A stretch of DNA of 64,000 nucleotides, taken from positions 73,478-137,477 of the IMG/VR virus record IMGVR_UViG_3300031555_001519, one strand, 5' to 3'. Made by a program: the position numbers and the translations under genes. This stretch comes from a virus. Lineage: Duplodnaviria; Caudoviricetes. Positions 11,001 through 20,200 of this stretch are shown piece by piece (within the stretch, counting starts at the first letter, position 1; the number at the start of each line of letters is the position of its first letter). The notes under the pieces are model-generated. The model searched no databases and was not told the DNA's origin. It saw only the letters and a list, made by a program, of their open reading frames with translations.

Positions 11001-13089
11001 CTTTGGTGGATTTAGTTCCGGAGCCAGAACCGCCACCATTTTTACTTCCGTCAAAATCAAAACCAACTTCATATTTATACTGATTATTATAAATATCATC
11101 CAACTCTGCTTTGGCAGCTTCAATATCATCTTTAAGCTCTGTACCAATTCCACCATGTTTAGCAGATTCATATAATGTTTTTAAGTGCAATACAGTTTTT
11201 AAATATTGTCCTGTAACATTTAAAGCTTTACATTCTTTTTCTAATGCTTCTACGTCTTCTAAAGTATTTAATGGATTCTTATTAGAATGAATTTTTTCTA
11301 ACATATAACTTCTTAAATACTCTTTTGTAATTTCAGTAGCATAAGATAAATTTATAAATTCTTCGGCTTCTTCAATGGTTACATTTTCTAAATCAATACC
11401 AGCATCTACAAGTTCCTTTTGAATATCTCTCATTTCTTCAAGGACTTCTTTGGCATTTATAATGCCAAGATTCTCTAAAGAATTTCTGAGAACATCAAAG
11501 TTTTCATCTGTTAATTCAACAACATTAGAATTATTGATCATACTTGTTGCTAAATCATCAAATGCCTGTTGAGCTTGTTCTGCATTGGTTTCAGTATCAC
11601 TAAGAACCTTTACAAACTTTTCATAGTCCTCTGTAGGAACATTAATACTAAATTCTTCTTTTAATGAATCTAATTCTGCTTTAACTGAAGCAAATTCTTC
11701 GACATCAATAATTTCCCAGTCGTAACCATCTTCTTTGAAAAGAGTAGTGTAGATTCCAGAAAGAGAGTCTAATGCTGGCTTGAGTTTGTTATTGATGTTG
11801 TTTACGGTATCTGTGATGGATAACTTATTAAATTCTTCAATAGCATCGCTTGCATTATTTGCAGAATTCTTAACCTGGTTAAAGGCAAGAGCAATATCTG
11901 ATAAATTATCTGCACTATCTATAACACCAATTTCTATAAGCTTATTAATAAACTCATTATATTTTGGATTATTAAGCATATCAGCAGTAACTTTACCTTG
12001 ATAACCTAAGTCTTGCAATCCTTGTACAGTGCTATCAAATTCCCAATTATCAACTATACGATTAAACGCATTAGTTTTTGCATTGGAGCCTCCCATAGCA
12101 ATTGCCATCTTATCTTGAAAATCTGCAACATAATTAAGCCATTTATTTACAGCTTTATCGTCTTCAGTTGTAGGTTCTTCAATATAATGAATCCCATCCG
12201 CAACTTTCGCAAATTCTGAATTTTTCTTTTCAAGATAATCTTCTACATTTTCTATCTGCTTTTCAAAACTCTCTCTTTGATAATCAGTTGTAGCATTGTC
12301 TAATTTTATTCTTAGTTCTGCAAGCTCTTCAAATTTTCTTTTAATAAGTTCTGTTTCTGTTATATATTCTGTTTCAGCAGTGTCATTTTTTGTAAGCTTA
12401 CCAGTTAAAACTCTTTCATCTTTTTCCTCAACATCTTTATTCATGTTTTCAATAAAAGATGCGTTCTTTTCTTTGTTCTTCTGATATTCTTCAAGTTTTA
12501 ACAAATCAATTTTTCTCTGTAATTCGTTATTAGTTTTTACAAGATTGTCATATTCTTCTTTTTCTGAGAATGTTATTTTTGAACCCTTGGCTAAAAGTTC
12601 GTTCATTCTTTTTCTTGTTGTATCTAATTCACTATTTACAGATTTTAATTCAGAAGCAATGTTTGCGCATTCTGATTTAAGATTTTCTAATTCTTCACGA
12701 GACTCTTCTAAAGACTTCGTAAAAGTTTTAACTGCTATAACAGTAATTGCAATACCAGCAGCAATACCTAAAAATGCAGTAAGAGCAGCGGTAGAAAGAC
12801 CTAGAGATGCTGCAAGACCTTGGTATTTCAGTTTAAGAGCATCAACTATAGCCATATTAGATGTTTGAGCAACTGTTTGTTTCACAGTAGCATCCGTATT
12901 TGCTTTAGTAGCAAGAGCAGATTTAATAGTTTCTTCTGATAAACCAGCTTTAATTAATACAGCCTTTGTTTCGGTATCTGAAAGGGTTTTAGTAAGATTA
13001 ACAATTTCTTCTAAATTATTGTCAGATTCAGAAACTTTTGCTATAATGCTATTAAAACCATTGATATCTTCTTTCAAATTTTTAAATAT
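8089..13089 (-). CDS. tape measure protein, exon 3 (1666 aa)
   Basis: Coiled-coil TMP sequence with hydrophobic segment and YASGTK...GENGSE C-terminal motif. The first ~72 codons of track ORF 8089..13305 are antisense shadow of another gene. The exon begins ATA TTT AAA right after a terminal intron G at 13090. Confidence 0.85.
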   Translation of the reverse strand: MFKNLKEDINGFNSIIAKVSESDNNLEEIVNLTKTLSDTETKAVLIKAGLSEETIKSALATKANTDATVKQTVAQTSNMAIVDALKLKYQGLAASLGLSTAALTAFLGIAAGIAITVIAVKTFTKSLEESREELENLKSECANIASELKSVNSELDTTRKRMNELLAKGSKITFSEKEEYDNLVKTNNELQRKIDLLKLEEYQKNKEKNASFIENMNKDVEEKDERVLTGKLTKNDTAETEYITETELIKRKFEELAELRIKLDNATTDYQRESFEKQIENVEDYLEKKNSEFAKVADGIHYIEEPTTEDDKAVNKWLNYVADFQDKMAIAMGGSNAKTNAFNRIVDNWEFDSTVQGLQDLGYQGKVTADMLNNPKYNEFINKLIEIGVIDSADNLSDIALAFNQVKNSANNASDAIEEFNKLSITDTVNNINNKLKPALDSLSGIYTTLFKEDGYDWEIIDVEEFASVKAELDSLKEEFSINVPTEDYEKFVKVLSDTETNAEQAQQAFDDLATSMINNSNVVELTDENFDVLRNSLENLGIINAKEVLEEMRDIQKELVDAGIDLENVTIEEAEEFINLSYATEITKEYLRSYMLEKIHSNKNPLNTLEDVEALEKECKALNVTGQYLKTVLHLKTLYESAKHGGIGTELKDDIEAAKAELDDIYNNQYKYEVGFDFDGSKNGGGSGSGTKSTKETFDWIETLISRIQRNITNLGKVVSATYRNWSTRNNALAQEMGEVNKEISAQMTAYNAYMAKANSIPLAEGYKELVRSGAYNISEITDEKLKEQIQEYEEWYNKALDCSDAIEDLRANLAELAMTKFNNISGQYDSQISLIAHNISMLEGFVSQSEAAGYMASEAYYRAMSEKQQENISLLQNEYSSLLSAFDEAAKNGSIEKYSEDWYEMLGSINDVEKAIQDANTQLIEFNQTLQQLNWDAFNRIQEYTTDITDEAEFLIDILNGYDLYTEGGKITNNGLAVQGLHAVNYNVYMEQAAAYAKEISKIEEEMAKDPYDTELIDRRNELLDLQQDVISNAMSEKEAILDLISDGYDKMLNSLQELIDKRKEALQAEKDLYNYQNTIREKTDTIKNYQKQLQAYAGDNSEEAKSTIQKLQLSLSEAEKDLQETEYDKWLSDQELMLDNLYNQTEEWINTRLDNIDGLIAEAVVATNNNAGIISDTIYEASSAFGYELSSKMEAIWSRNDSGFNGVKNIVGVYGDVLYGILQTVDGDINAATAELGYIANQTNLKIDENGNLVGSYIDENGRVISLHVDETGQLIGTYVDNNGRIISDSISNIDSKFGYHLDENGRVINDNINQVGLSIGAYIDENGKIVSTTMSDGMTLLNSTLTDIDNGNISDSIVNGTTTVNNTLMSIKDEMANVIAAINKTATNNANSIAKEQTNVVNNQPTNTVPAPTTNNVPSNNTQPTPQPDPTPAPEPEPKKPVTRYKAKIGNDTIGSGYTSETQARNAANAEVERRVQDEIKKALKGKENSPDASNIANSVRMGYGAQLTRQITTPSYLHYYASGTKNAKRGLGIFGENGSEIMIAKDGSILLASGAQLYPFQGGETVLNAEDTANILRNTTIPLNEQLFSGISNTPALSSNANANVNNNISMTINMDNVSDVPGFVNALKTAIKSDSQCRKLIQAVTIDESIGKNSLLRNKY
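13019..13047 (+). promoter_or_regulatory. sigmaA-type promoter, antisense within TMP exon 3, driving the intron cargo genes
   Basis: TTGTCA (13019-13024), 17-bp spacer, extended TG-c-TATAAT (13042-13047). GGAGG RBS at 13109-13113 precedes ATG 13121. Confidence 0.75.
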
Positions 13090-13120
13090 CAAACTAGTTA
13101 TTATCTGTGGAGGATAATTT

Positions 13121-13459
13121 ATGAAAGCAATAATCAATAAGTGCCCTAAATGTAATGGAACAGAATATACTGGCAATACGTGGGTTATGTGGAATGCTAC
13201 ATTTGGAATGTGTGCAAAATGTAGTAAATGTGCTATAGTTTTACAATCATCACCAGAATATGAACAATATCTAGCTAAAGAAGTAGAAAAAGAACGAGAA
13301 GCCAAACGGCCACCAACAGTAACCTGTCCATATTGCCAATCAACCGATACTAATAAAATTTCAGGAACCTCTAGATTTGTGTCTACTGGTGTATTCGGTT
13401 TGGCTAGTAAAAAGATTGGTAAACAATGGCACTGTAATAAATGTAAATCCGATTTCTAA
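13121..13459 (+). CDS. double Zn-ribbon protein (intron cargo)
   Basis: 112 aa with CPKC...CAKC and CPYC...HCNKC; GGAGG RBS and promoter upstream. Confidence 0.85.
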   Translation: MKAIINKCPKCNGTEYTGNTWVMWNATFGMCAKCSKCAIVLQSSPEYEQYLAKEVEKEREAKRPPTVTCPYCQSTDTNKISGTSRFVSTGVFGLASKKIGKQWHCNKCKSDF

Positions 13460-13471
13460 GGAGACTCGTTC

Positions 13472-13657
13472 ATGATTGATACATCATTATCTAATTTCTT
13501 AAACAATACTGAAGCTATTATATCTAATTCAATTACAAATGACGAACCAGTTACTATCAAATCAAAATATTGTAGCTTGGTTTTAATCACAGAAGATGAA
13601 TATAAACGATTAGTCTTGAATGATAATATATTAAAATATAAAAGAGCAGGAGAATAG
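13472..13657 (+). CDS. Phd/YefM-family antitoxin-like protein (orphan, intron cargo)
   Basis: 61 aa; SLSNFLNN...DEPVTIKSK...VLITEDEY matches the Phd/YefM pattern. AAGGAG RBS. No toxin gene follows. Confidence 0.7.
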   Translation: MIDTSLSNFLNNTEAIISNSITNDEPVTIKSKYCSLVLITEDEYKRLVLNDNILKYKRAGE

Positions 13658-13672
13658 TTCTCTTGCTTTTTT
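13640..13672 (+). terminator. intrinsic terminator of the cargo operon
   Basis: AGCAGGAGAA-tag-TTCTCTTGCT hairpin followed by a T run. Confidence 0.7.
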
Positions 13673-14263
13673 AGTGAATAAATTTTTCATTTTATTTTCT
13701 ATCTTCCACATGCATGAAAGAGTACGATAGAAGCACCCTATAATTGTCCGTCATGCCGGTTATCTTTTGTTAGGTTGTTGTAGGTACAATTATTAACTCC
13801 CTATAACTTTTATCTTAATGTATATTATTTTCTGTTGTAACGTGTCATCTATATCCTTACTTACTGACACTGTAAGCCCTAACAGAATAGAAGAGTGTGG
13901 ACATAAACACTCTGTCATAGACATTTTCACACCGCTATTCTCAGTGTCGTTCCGAGCGCATATTATCAGAGCATCGTTTCATATAACTCTGACCAGGAGT
14001 TGTCGCTACAGTGAGGGCTTTTCTCAATGAGAACTATCCCTGCGAACCATGAGAGTCTATACATTTTTACGAACCTATTAAGTCGCCATAATAGGAGAGT
14101 AGTATAAGTTTTACCCATTTCCTCGCATATTGTCCCTTCGTTTAACTTATTGTATTTCAATAAGTGTAATATAAAAAACTTATGTATCCATAAGAGGCTA
14201 TATTACCGATGGCATATTTTAATTATATTTTTACATAAAAATAAGGCTCGACTTTTTGAGCCT

Positions 14264-14881
14264 ACCATCGCCTTTAAACGCTTTAATAACTGCGAATATT
14301 CCACCGCCACCAACTAATACGGTGTTTAATACTCCAAATTTATCCACAGCTTCTAAAATAGCTTTTGCTAAATCTAAGAAAAATGTTATTACTTCTCGAT
14401 TATGTTCATTAATCCATAATGAGTCCCAAGCATTTTTGAGCTGCGCAAGATGAGCTTCAATAGATTCTAGATATGCTTCATTTTCTCGCATTGCAGAACC
14501 ATCAGAATCTAAAGCGTAAGAATATGCTTTTTCAAGGACATCGGGAGACTGTAATACTGATGCTAAAATGTTACTACGATTTTTACCTGCCATCATTTCA
14601 AGTAATGCGTTTTGTCTGTTTTCACCAGTTACTAGGTCTTCCTGCGCAATCTTATCCCATACTTTAGCAATGTCAAGTAATACCTCATAAGTACTACGAT
14701 AATTGCCATTCATATCTAACAAAGATACACCAAAATTACCTTGAGTTTTAGTTAAATCCTTTATCTGTTGATCAAGTTTAGAAGTAGTAGTAACAACAAA
14801 ATCATCTACGTCTTCTCCAAGTGCAGCGAGTTCCTCTCTAGCAGCTTCCGTACCTGTTAATCTTAAAGCAATTGTTCTTAA
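14264..14881 (-). CDS. tape measure protein, exon 2 (206 aa)
   Basis: LRTIALRLTGT...YRSTYEVLLDIAKVW...LLEMMAGKNRSN continues the TP901-type TMP core from exon 1 (...VQDPDKVGAG). No RBS or ATG of its own. Confidence 0.88.
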
Positions 14882-16217
14882 CAATCTGTTACTTTCATCT
14901 ATATTTATAGACTACTGACTATGTGTATACATAGCGGTTAGTCATTTCTGGCTAACTCTCACATTTTATTATTAGATTATTGTGTGAGTTCGGACTGGAT
15001 CTTCACCCTCTCTAAGTAGAGTAGGGGAGTAACGGAACTCTATATGTTACCATATAAAGTATTACAGTCTCTACGGATTCTTTATAAATATTTGTTTATT
15101 ATAATAGACCAAATGGTTAGGCATTAGTCGTATTATGAAAAAAAGGATATATTATATTTGATTTTAGAGATAATGTATCATTTTGTAATGCATAGTTAAA
15201 TGAATGATAATTATCTAAAACTCCATTATTATCAATATATTTTAAAATTAATTTTCTGCATAATTCAATATTATTATATATGTCACTTTCCCATAAATAT
15301 AATATCTCAATATTATTATTGTTTTTTATGTAAGTGTGTTTTGTTTTGTCTTTTGAAATTCTATTTTGTTGTATTTTATTTAAATTGTCTAATTGATATT
15401 TTGTAGGATTACTATGCCAAAAATCACCCATTACTTCAATTATTAAATTATTTTCATACAGATAGTTATCAACAGCATAATATGTAAACACCTCTTCGTT
15501 TCTATAAGATATCTTCATTTCATCCAATAGTTCATTTGTAAGAATTTGAGGTTTTGTGTTTAATATTTTTTGATTGTCTTTTAAAATATTAACTGCTCTT
15601 AATCTAGATTTTTCTTTCCATTCTGGTGTTTTGTAAAGAACATTATAAAACCAATCTTTCATACATTTTTCCCCACAAAAATGATTTTCATATCGCTCAT
15701 AACGAGACGGTTTTATTTTTATTACTCTATTACAATTAGTACAATTACATTTTATCCTAACGGTTTGTGGATTATTATCACCAACTCTTGTTGTTTGCCA
15801 TTTATTTTGACATTCCGTTGAACAAAATCTCTGTTTAGATTTCTTACTAACATGAAAAATATTATCGCATATTTCACATTTTCTATCTTCAAATAATTGT
15901 TTATGTTGGTACTCTTTTTGGCATTGATTAGAACAAAAATGATGTTTTGCTCTTTCATATTGTGTCTTAGTTTGATACACTTCTTTATTACAATTTTCGC
16001 AATTAAAAGTATATCCAGTCTTTTGTCCTTTTGCTGGCATTCTTTCTCCTTTCTATATTTTTATGCATAAAAAATACACGTCCTTCCTAACTGACGTGTA
16101 TAAACAAATATTTATAAAGTCTTTCCACGGTCTTAACCATCTCTGGCTTTTAACCGTTATAGTTACTTTTTAGTATATAAAATACCCACATATTACTATG
16201 TGTTCGGGCATAAGTTT
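14882..16217 (-). ncRNA. group I intron 1 of the TMP gene (1336 nt) with homing endonuclease in the P6 extension
   Basis: P1 CGGGU/GCCCG with U.G at the splice site. P (AACGGUU), Q (GACCGUGGAAAG), R (CGUAGAGACUG) and S (GAAGAUCCAGUCC) elements; P3 AGUAAC/GUUACU; P7 GACUG/CAGUC; terminal G at 14882. A perfect 19-bp inverted repeat (15080-15098 / 16101-16119) brackets the ORF. Confidence 0.92.
15117..16040 (-). CDS. intron-encoded homing endonuclease (Cys-rich Zn repeats plus Vsr-like/EDxHD nuclease domain)
   Basis: Three CxxC...FCxxxC repeats, then VDNY...IIEVMGDFWHSNP...D...LYLWESDI. AAGGAG RBS. Confidence 0.85.
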   Translation of the reverse strand: MPAKGQKTGYTFNCENCNKEVYQTKTQYERAKHHFCSNQCQKEYQHKQLFEDRKCEICDNIFHVSKKSKQRFCSTECQNKWQTTRVGDNNPQTVRIKCNCTNCNRVIKIKPSRYERYENHFCGEKCMKDWFYNVLYKTPEWKEKSRLRAVNILKDNQKILNTKPQILTNELLDEMKISYRNEEVFTYYAVDNYLYENNLIIEVMGDFWHSNPTKYQLDNLNKIQQNRISKDKTKHTYIKNNNNIEILYLWESDIYNNIELCRKLILKYIDNNGVLDNYHSFNYALQNDTLSLKSNIIYPFFHNTTNA

Positions 16218-19200
16218 ACCCGCTCCCACTTTATCAGGGTCTTGAACTACCGTATTAGCTGCAGTAGTAAGAGCAGCGGCTTCAAAGAAATCGTTTTGAG
16301 CAGTTTTTAAAGCACTAGCAGAATTTTGAAGTGCGGTTGCTAAACCATCGGTTGATATTGCAAAATTATTACCCAGATTATTTACAACATCAATGATTTC
16401 ATCCTTTCCAAGTTCTCTATAAGCTTGACTCATAGAAACTAATGATTCAGTTGCTTCATCAATGCTTCCAAACTCAGATACGTTAAACAGAATATTAGCA
16501 TCTTGAGCTGACTGTTTTGCTTCTTCAAGGCTTTCACCAAGTCTCATAAAATCAGCAGTACTTGACTGAATTTGTTTAGCAGTAGTACCAATCGAATCTG
16601 CTAATCCAAAACTTTCTTTCTGAAATTCTTTTAAAACAGAAATACTTTCTTCACTTACCTTATTCATTTCAGTAAGAGCAGTATCATATTCTTTAATTGT
16701 TTCGAAACCTTGTCTAATAATCTGAAGTGCGTCATAAATACTTACATATGTAGCAAAATAAGCAGCAACATCTTTAAACTTCTTCTTAATTTTGTCGCCC
16801 ATAGAAGCGCCGGTTTTACCAGTTTTTTCAATTTGTGCTTCAAGTCTTGCAAATTCTGCTTTTAATTCATTAAACTGTATTTTATTAATGACTTCTGTAC
16901 TGTTCCTAAATTGTTCGATTTTATCATTTAAAACTATTAATTCTTGTCTTAATTCTTTAGGAGCTGCGGTATTAAGGTTTATTTTCTTTGATACCTTTTT
17001 ACTTAAATCATCAAGCTCTTTAGAAGCAGATTTAAATTCATCTCCCTTTAAAGAACGAATCATATTAGTGATTGTGTCTTCAGCTTCTTTTAACTCATTA
17101 ATTTCGGCTTGATTGGTAAAATCAATAGGAAGCTTTGACTCCAAATTAGAAATTGCCTGACGAATTTCTGTAATCTTCAATTCATAAGCTGGCACTTTAT
17201 TTTCCGCACCGGATAGATTATTAACTTGAAGAGTAGCATTATTTATAAAGTTTTTACTTGATAATTCAGAATATTCTTTAAGTTTTTTGTTGAATTTTTC
17301 TTGGGCTATTGCAGCCTCGTTAGTTGCATTAGCATATTTGTCTTGTTCTGAGATAGCCTTTTTTATTTCTGATTCGAGTTCAGCTAATTCGCCTTTTTCG
17401 TTTAAAGTTCTGGGCGTTGATGCCAAGGTACCTTTAATTTCTTTGTTTTTAAGTTCGTAATATCTTTTTAGTTTTCCGGTTAACTCGTCATAAGCATCAG
17501 CAGTTTCTTTAACCTGATTTTTAAGATATTGCTCAATACTAATTTGACCTTCAATAGCATCATTAGTTTTTTCAATAGTAGCTTCAGTTTCTTTTTGAGA
17601 CTCTTCCAAGCCTTCAAACATCGCTATTTGACCAGAAGGTTCCTGAATTAGTTCAAATTGCTTATTTTCAGAAGCTTGCTCATTCAAGTAATCAATTAAA
17701 TTAATCTGGCCTTCGATAGAATCATTAGTCTGCTCAACAGACTGCTTAATTTCTTTCTGCTGTTCTTCGACACCTTCGAACATTGAAAGTTGTCCGGAAG
17801 GTTCCTCTATAAAAGACAAAGCGGCATCAGTTTCTTTTGCTTGTTGCTGAGTTTTTTCAAGTTCGGTTTGCAGTTTTTGTTGAATTTCTATTTTTGAATT
17901 CGACTCAGATCCTGAACTTAGAATCTTTGTCATTTCTCCAGTTCCGGCTTTAACGGCAGCAACTACTTGTTCATTCTTTATTTGAGCTTCATTAAGTGTA
18001 ACCATTACATTAGAAAGTTCACCATTTGCTTCGCCAAAACCATCCCTAATATTTCTAAAGATAACTCCATCATGACCTAATTGCTTTGCTAGTTCTACAA
18101 TTTCATCAGTAGTTCTCTTTATACCATCAAATTCAATTTCGTTCCAAACAGCACCATTACCATCAATTTCTAATGGATTTTTATAAGATAAATTTGCAGA
18201 ATATATTTTTCCACTATTAGCTAAAGAATCAGCATAATCAGCAGCTAACTCTAATTGATCGGTAAAAAAGGCTATACCTTTATCATTAACTAATCCAGAC
18301 CATGCGTTTTTCACACCTCTAAATGCTGTTATAGTTTTTCCTTCTTCGTCAGATAAAAGAGATGTGTTTGAATAATCGGTATCATGCACACGGATTTTTA
18401 TATCCTTTACTTCTGGAAGTTTATCAATTTTCTCCTGTATTGTTTCTGTATTAACTAAAGCTTCTTTAATATCAACATCAACTTTTAATTGTGATTTAGC
18501 ATTAAAATCTTCAACTAAAGTTGTTAGTTTTTTTATATCTTCTTCATTAACAAATACATTTGAAAAATCTTTTTCTAATTTATTAGCTTGTTCTCCAGCT
18601 TCCTTCTCGGCTTGTACGAGTTTTTCTACTGCCTCAGTTGTTTCTTCAACTTGCTTTTCCATAGTAGAAGTGGCAACAGGTTGTTCTGAAACTTCTTTTT
18701 GAGCAACTTTAAGTTTTTCAATCTCTGCAAGTTGCTTTTCAGTCATGTTTGTGATTTCTGTAATCATCTTTTTATAATCATCTGCATAATCATAAAAAGT
18801 ATCTTCTTGATCTTCAGATAAATCTTTCCCTAATGATAAATATCTTTGAGAAAAACCTACTAAATCTTTTTCTTCATCCTCTGATAAAGTTCTTTTATCT
18901 AATGCTTTATTTAAAGAAATAACATTTTTCAAAGCAGTTTCCGCATCAACAGCATATTTAATAACATCGGCAAATTCTTCTTTCAAATTTTCGGCAGATT
19001 GTTCCCATAAATCTAATTCTTTACCGTCAGAACCATTGCCAACGTTATTTAATGTAGTGTCTAACTGTTCAACACTCTCAATTGTTTCCTTTACTGATGC
19101 TTCTATGTTTTCAACAATTAAGCTTTCATCTTGAGCATCCACTTTTGCAGATGAAGCAGAAGGCGTTCTTTTTTCTATTCTTGCTTTTACCTTTTCAGAA

Positions 19201-20189
19201 GCCCTTTCTTGAGCTGAAACCATCTTTTCAACATTCTTTTGCGAGTAGTCTAAAATAGTTTGATCCAATTCATTTTGTAATTGTGTTATTGCGTTTTTAA
19301 CAACTTTAGAGGCTCGTGTTGAATATTCATCTATAGATCTCAAAATAGAGTATTCTATTTGTCCGGTATCAAAATTCTCAAGAGAAGAAGATAATAAATC
19401 TTTTGCGCCAAAAGCGGAAGAAAGTCTTTTTTCTTTTGTGGTTATTTGATTTACAATTTGCAATAAAGTTTTATTGATTTCTACTTCTTCTAAGGCACCT
19501 TCAGCGGTATTAATATTCGCTAATTCTTTTTTCTTATCTTGCAACAAATTAAAAATGGTTAATAATTGGGAATATTCTTTAATATCTTTTTTAGCAGAAG
19601 TATTATTTTCTAAACCAATCTGTTTAGATAATAATTCAATTGCACCATCTGTACTTGAATTATTATAAGAAACATTATCATTATATTGTCTTTTTAAAGA
19701 AATTAATGAACGAGCTTCAACATTCTGAGCTTTTTTTCTATATTCTTCTTGTTTTTTATGATATTGCTCTTGTTTATTTAGTAATTTATCATATACTTTT
19801 AAAACTTGTTCTACTTGTTTTGGCGAAAAATTCCCCATTAAATCCAAGCTGTTTTTAGGTAATTTTGAGATAGAAGATAATTCATTATGTACTTTATCGA
19901 GTATACCTAAATAGTCTTCGGCACTACTTTCTGCATCCGAAAACACTTTTAAAATAGAACTAAACTGCTTTGTTAAATCTATTCCTTTTAATTTGCCATC
20001 TATTAATTTATTTATCTTCTCAATAGCGTCTTGAATTTCTTTTGTGTCTGCACCAAATTCAATAGTTCCAGCATTTTTTTCGATTTTTCCAATCATCTTT
20101 TTTGCTTGAGAAGAAATTTCTTTGGAATTGTCTTCCAGTTTAGCCATTAAAGATAATATGGCCACATTTTTATTTACATCATCTGCCAT
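16218..20189 (-). CDS. tape measure protein, exon 1 (1324 aa)
   Basis: Long coiled coil, then TP901-family core (EYDTALTEMNKV...LGNNFAISTDGLATAL...AANTVVQDPDKVGAG). The ORF track runs 15 codons on into the intron. Confidence 0.9.
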
Positions 20190-20200
20190 TTAATTTCACC

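Larger units (their letters stand above)
13090..14263 (-). ncRNA. non-canonical group-I-like intron 2 of the TMP gene (1174 nt) carrying antisense cargo genes
   Basis: 5' exon ends in U (GAT GGT) and the intron ends in G. The internal guide AAAUAUGCCAUCG (14219-14207) is complementary to the ligated junction CGAUGGU|AUAUUU with the U.G wobble at the splice site. P4 UGCGAG/UUCGCA, P5, P6, P3, P8 and a P7-like CACUGUA/UACAGUG can be traced. Splicing restores frame (KGDG|IFKNL). Confidence 0.75.

Noticed and set aside
13090-13305. N-terminal 72 codons of track ORF 8089..13305
   Set aside because: Antisense shadow of the plus-strand Zn-ribbon gene; no RBS; TMP-like sequence starts only at 13089.
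13818-14160. ORFs 13818..14030 (+) and 13966..14160 (-)
   Set aside because: They lie in the structured intron core, lack an RBS and do not look like proteins.
14231-16217. TMP as a pseudogene or as three independent genes
   Set aside because: Precise in-frame rejoining with guide-sequence complementarity at both breaks argues for splicing.
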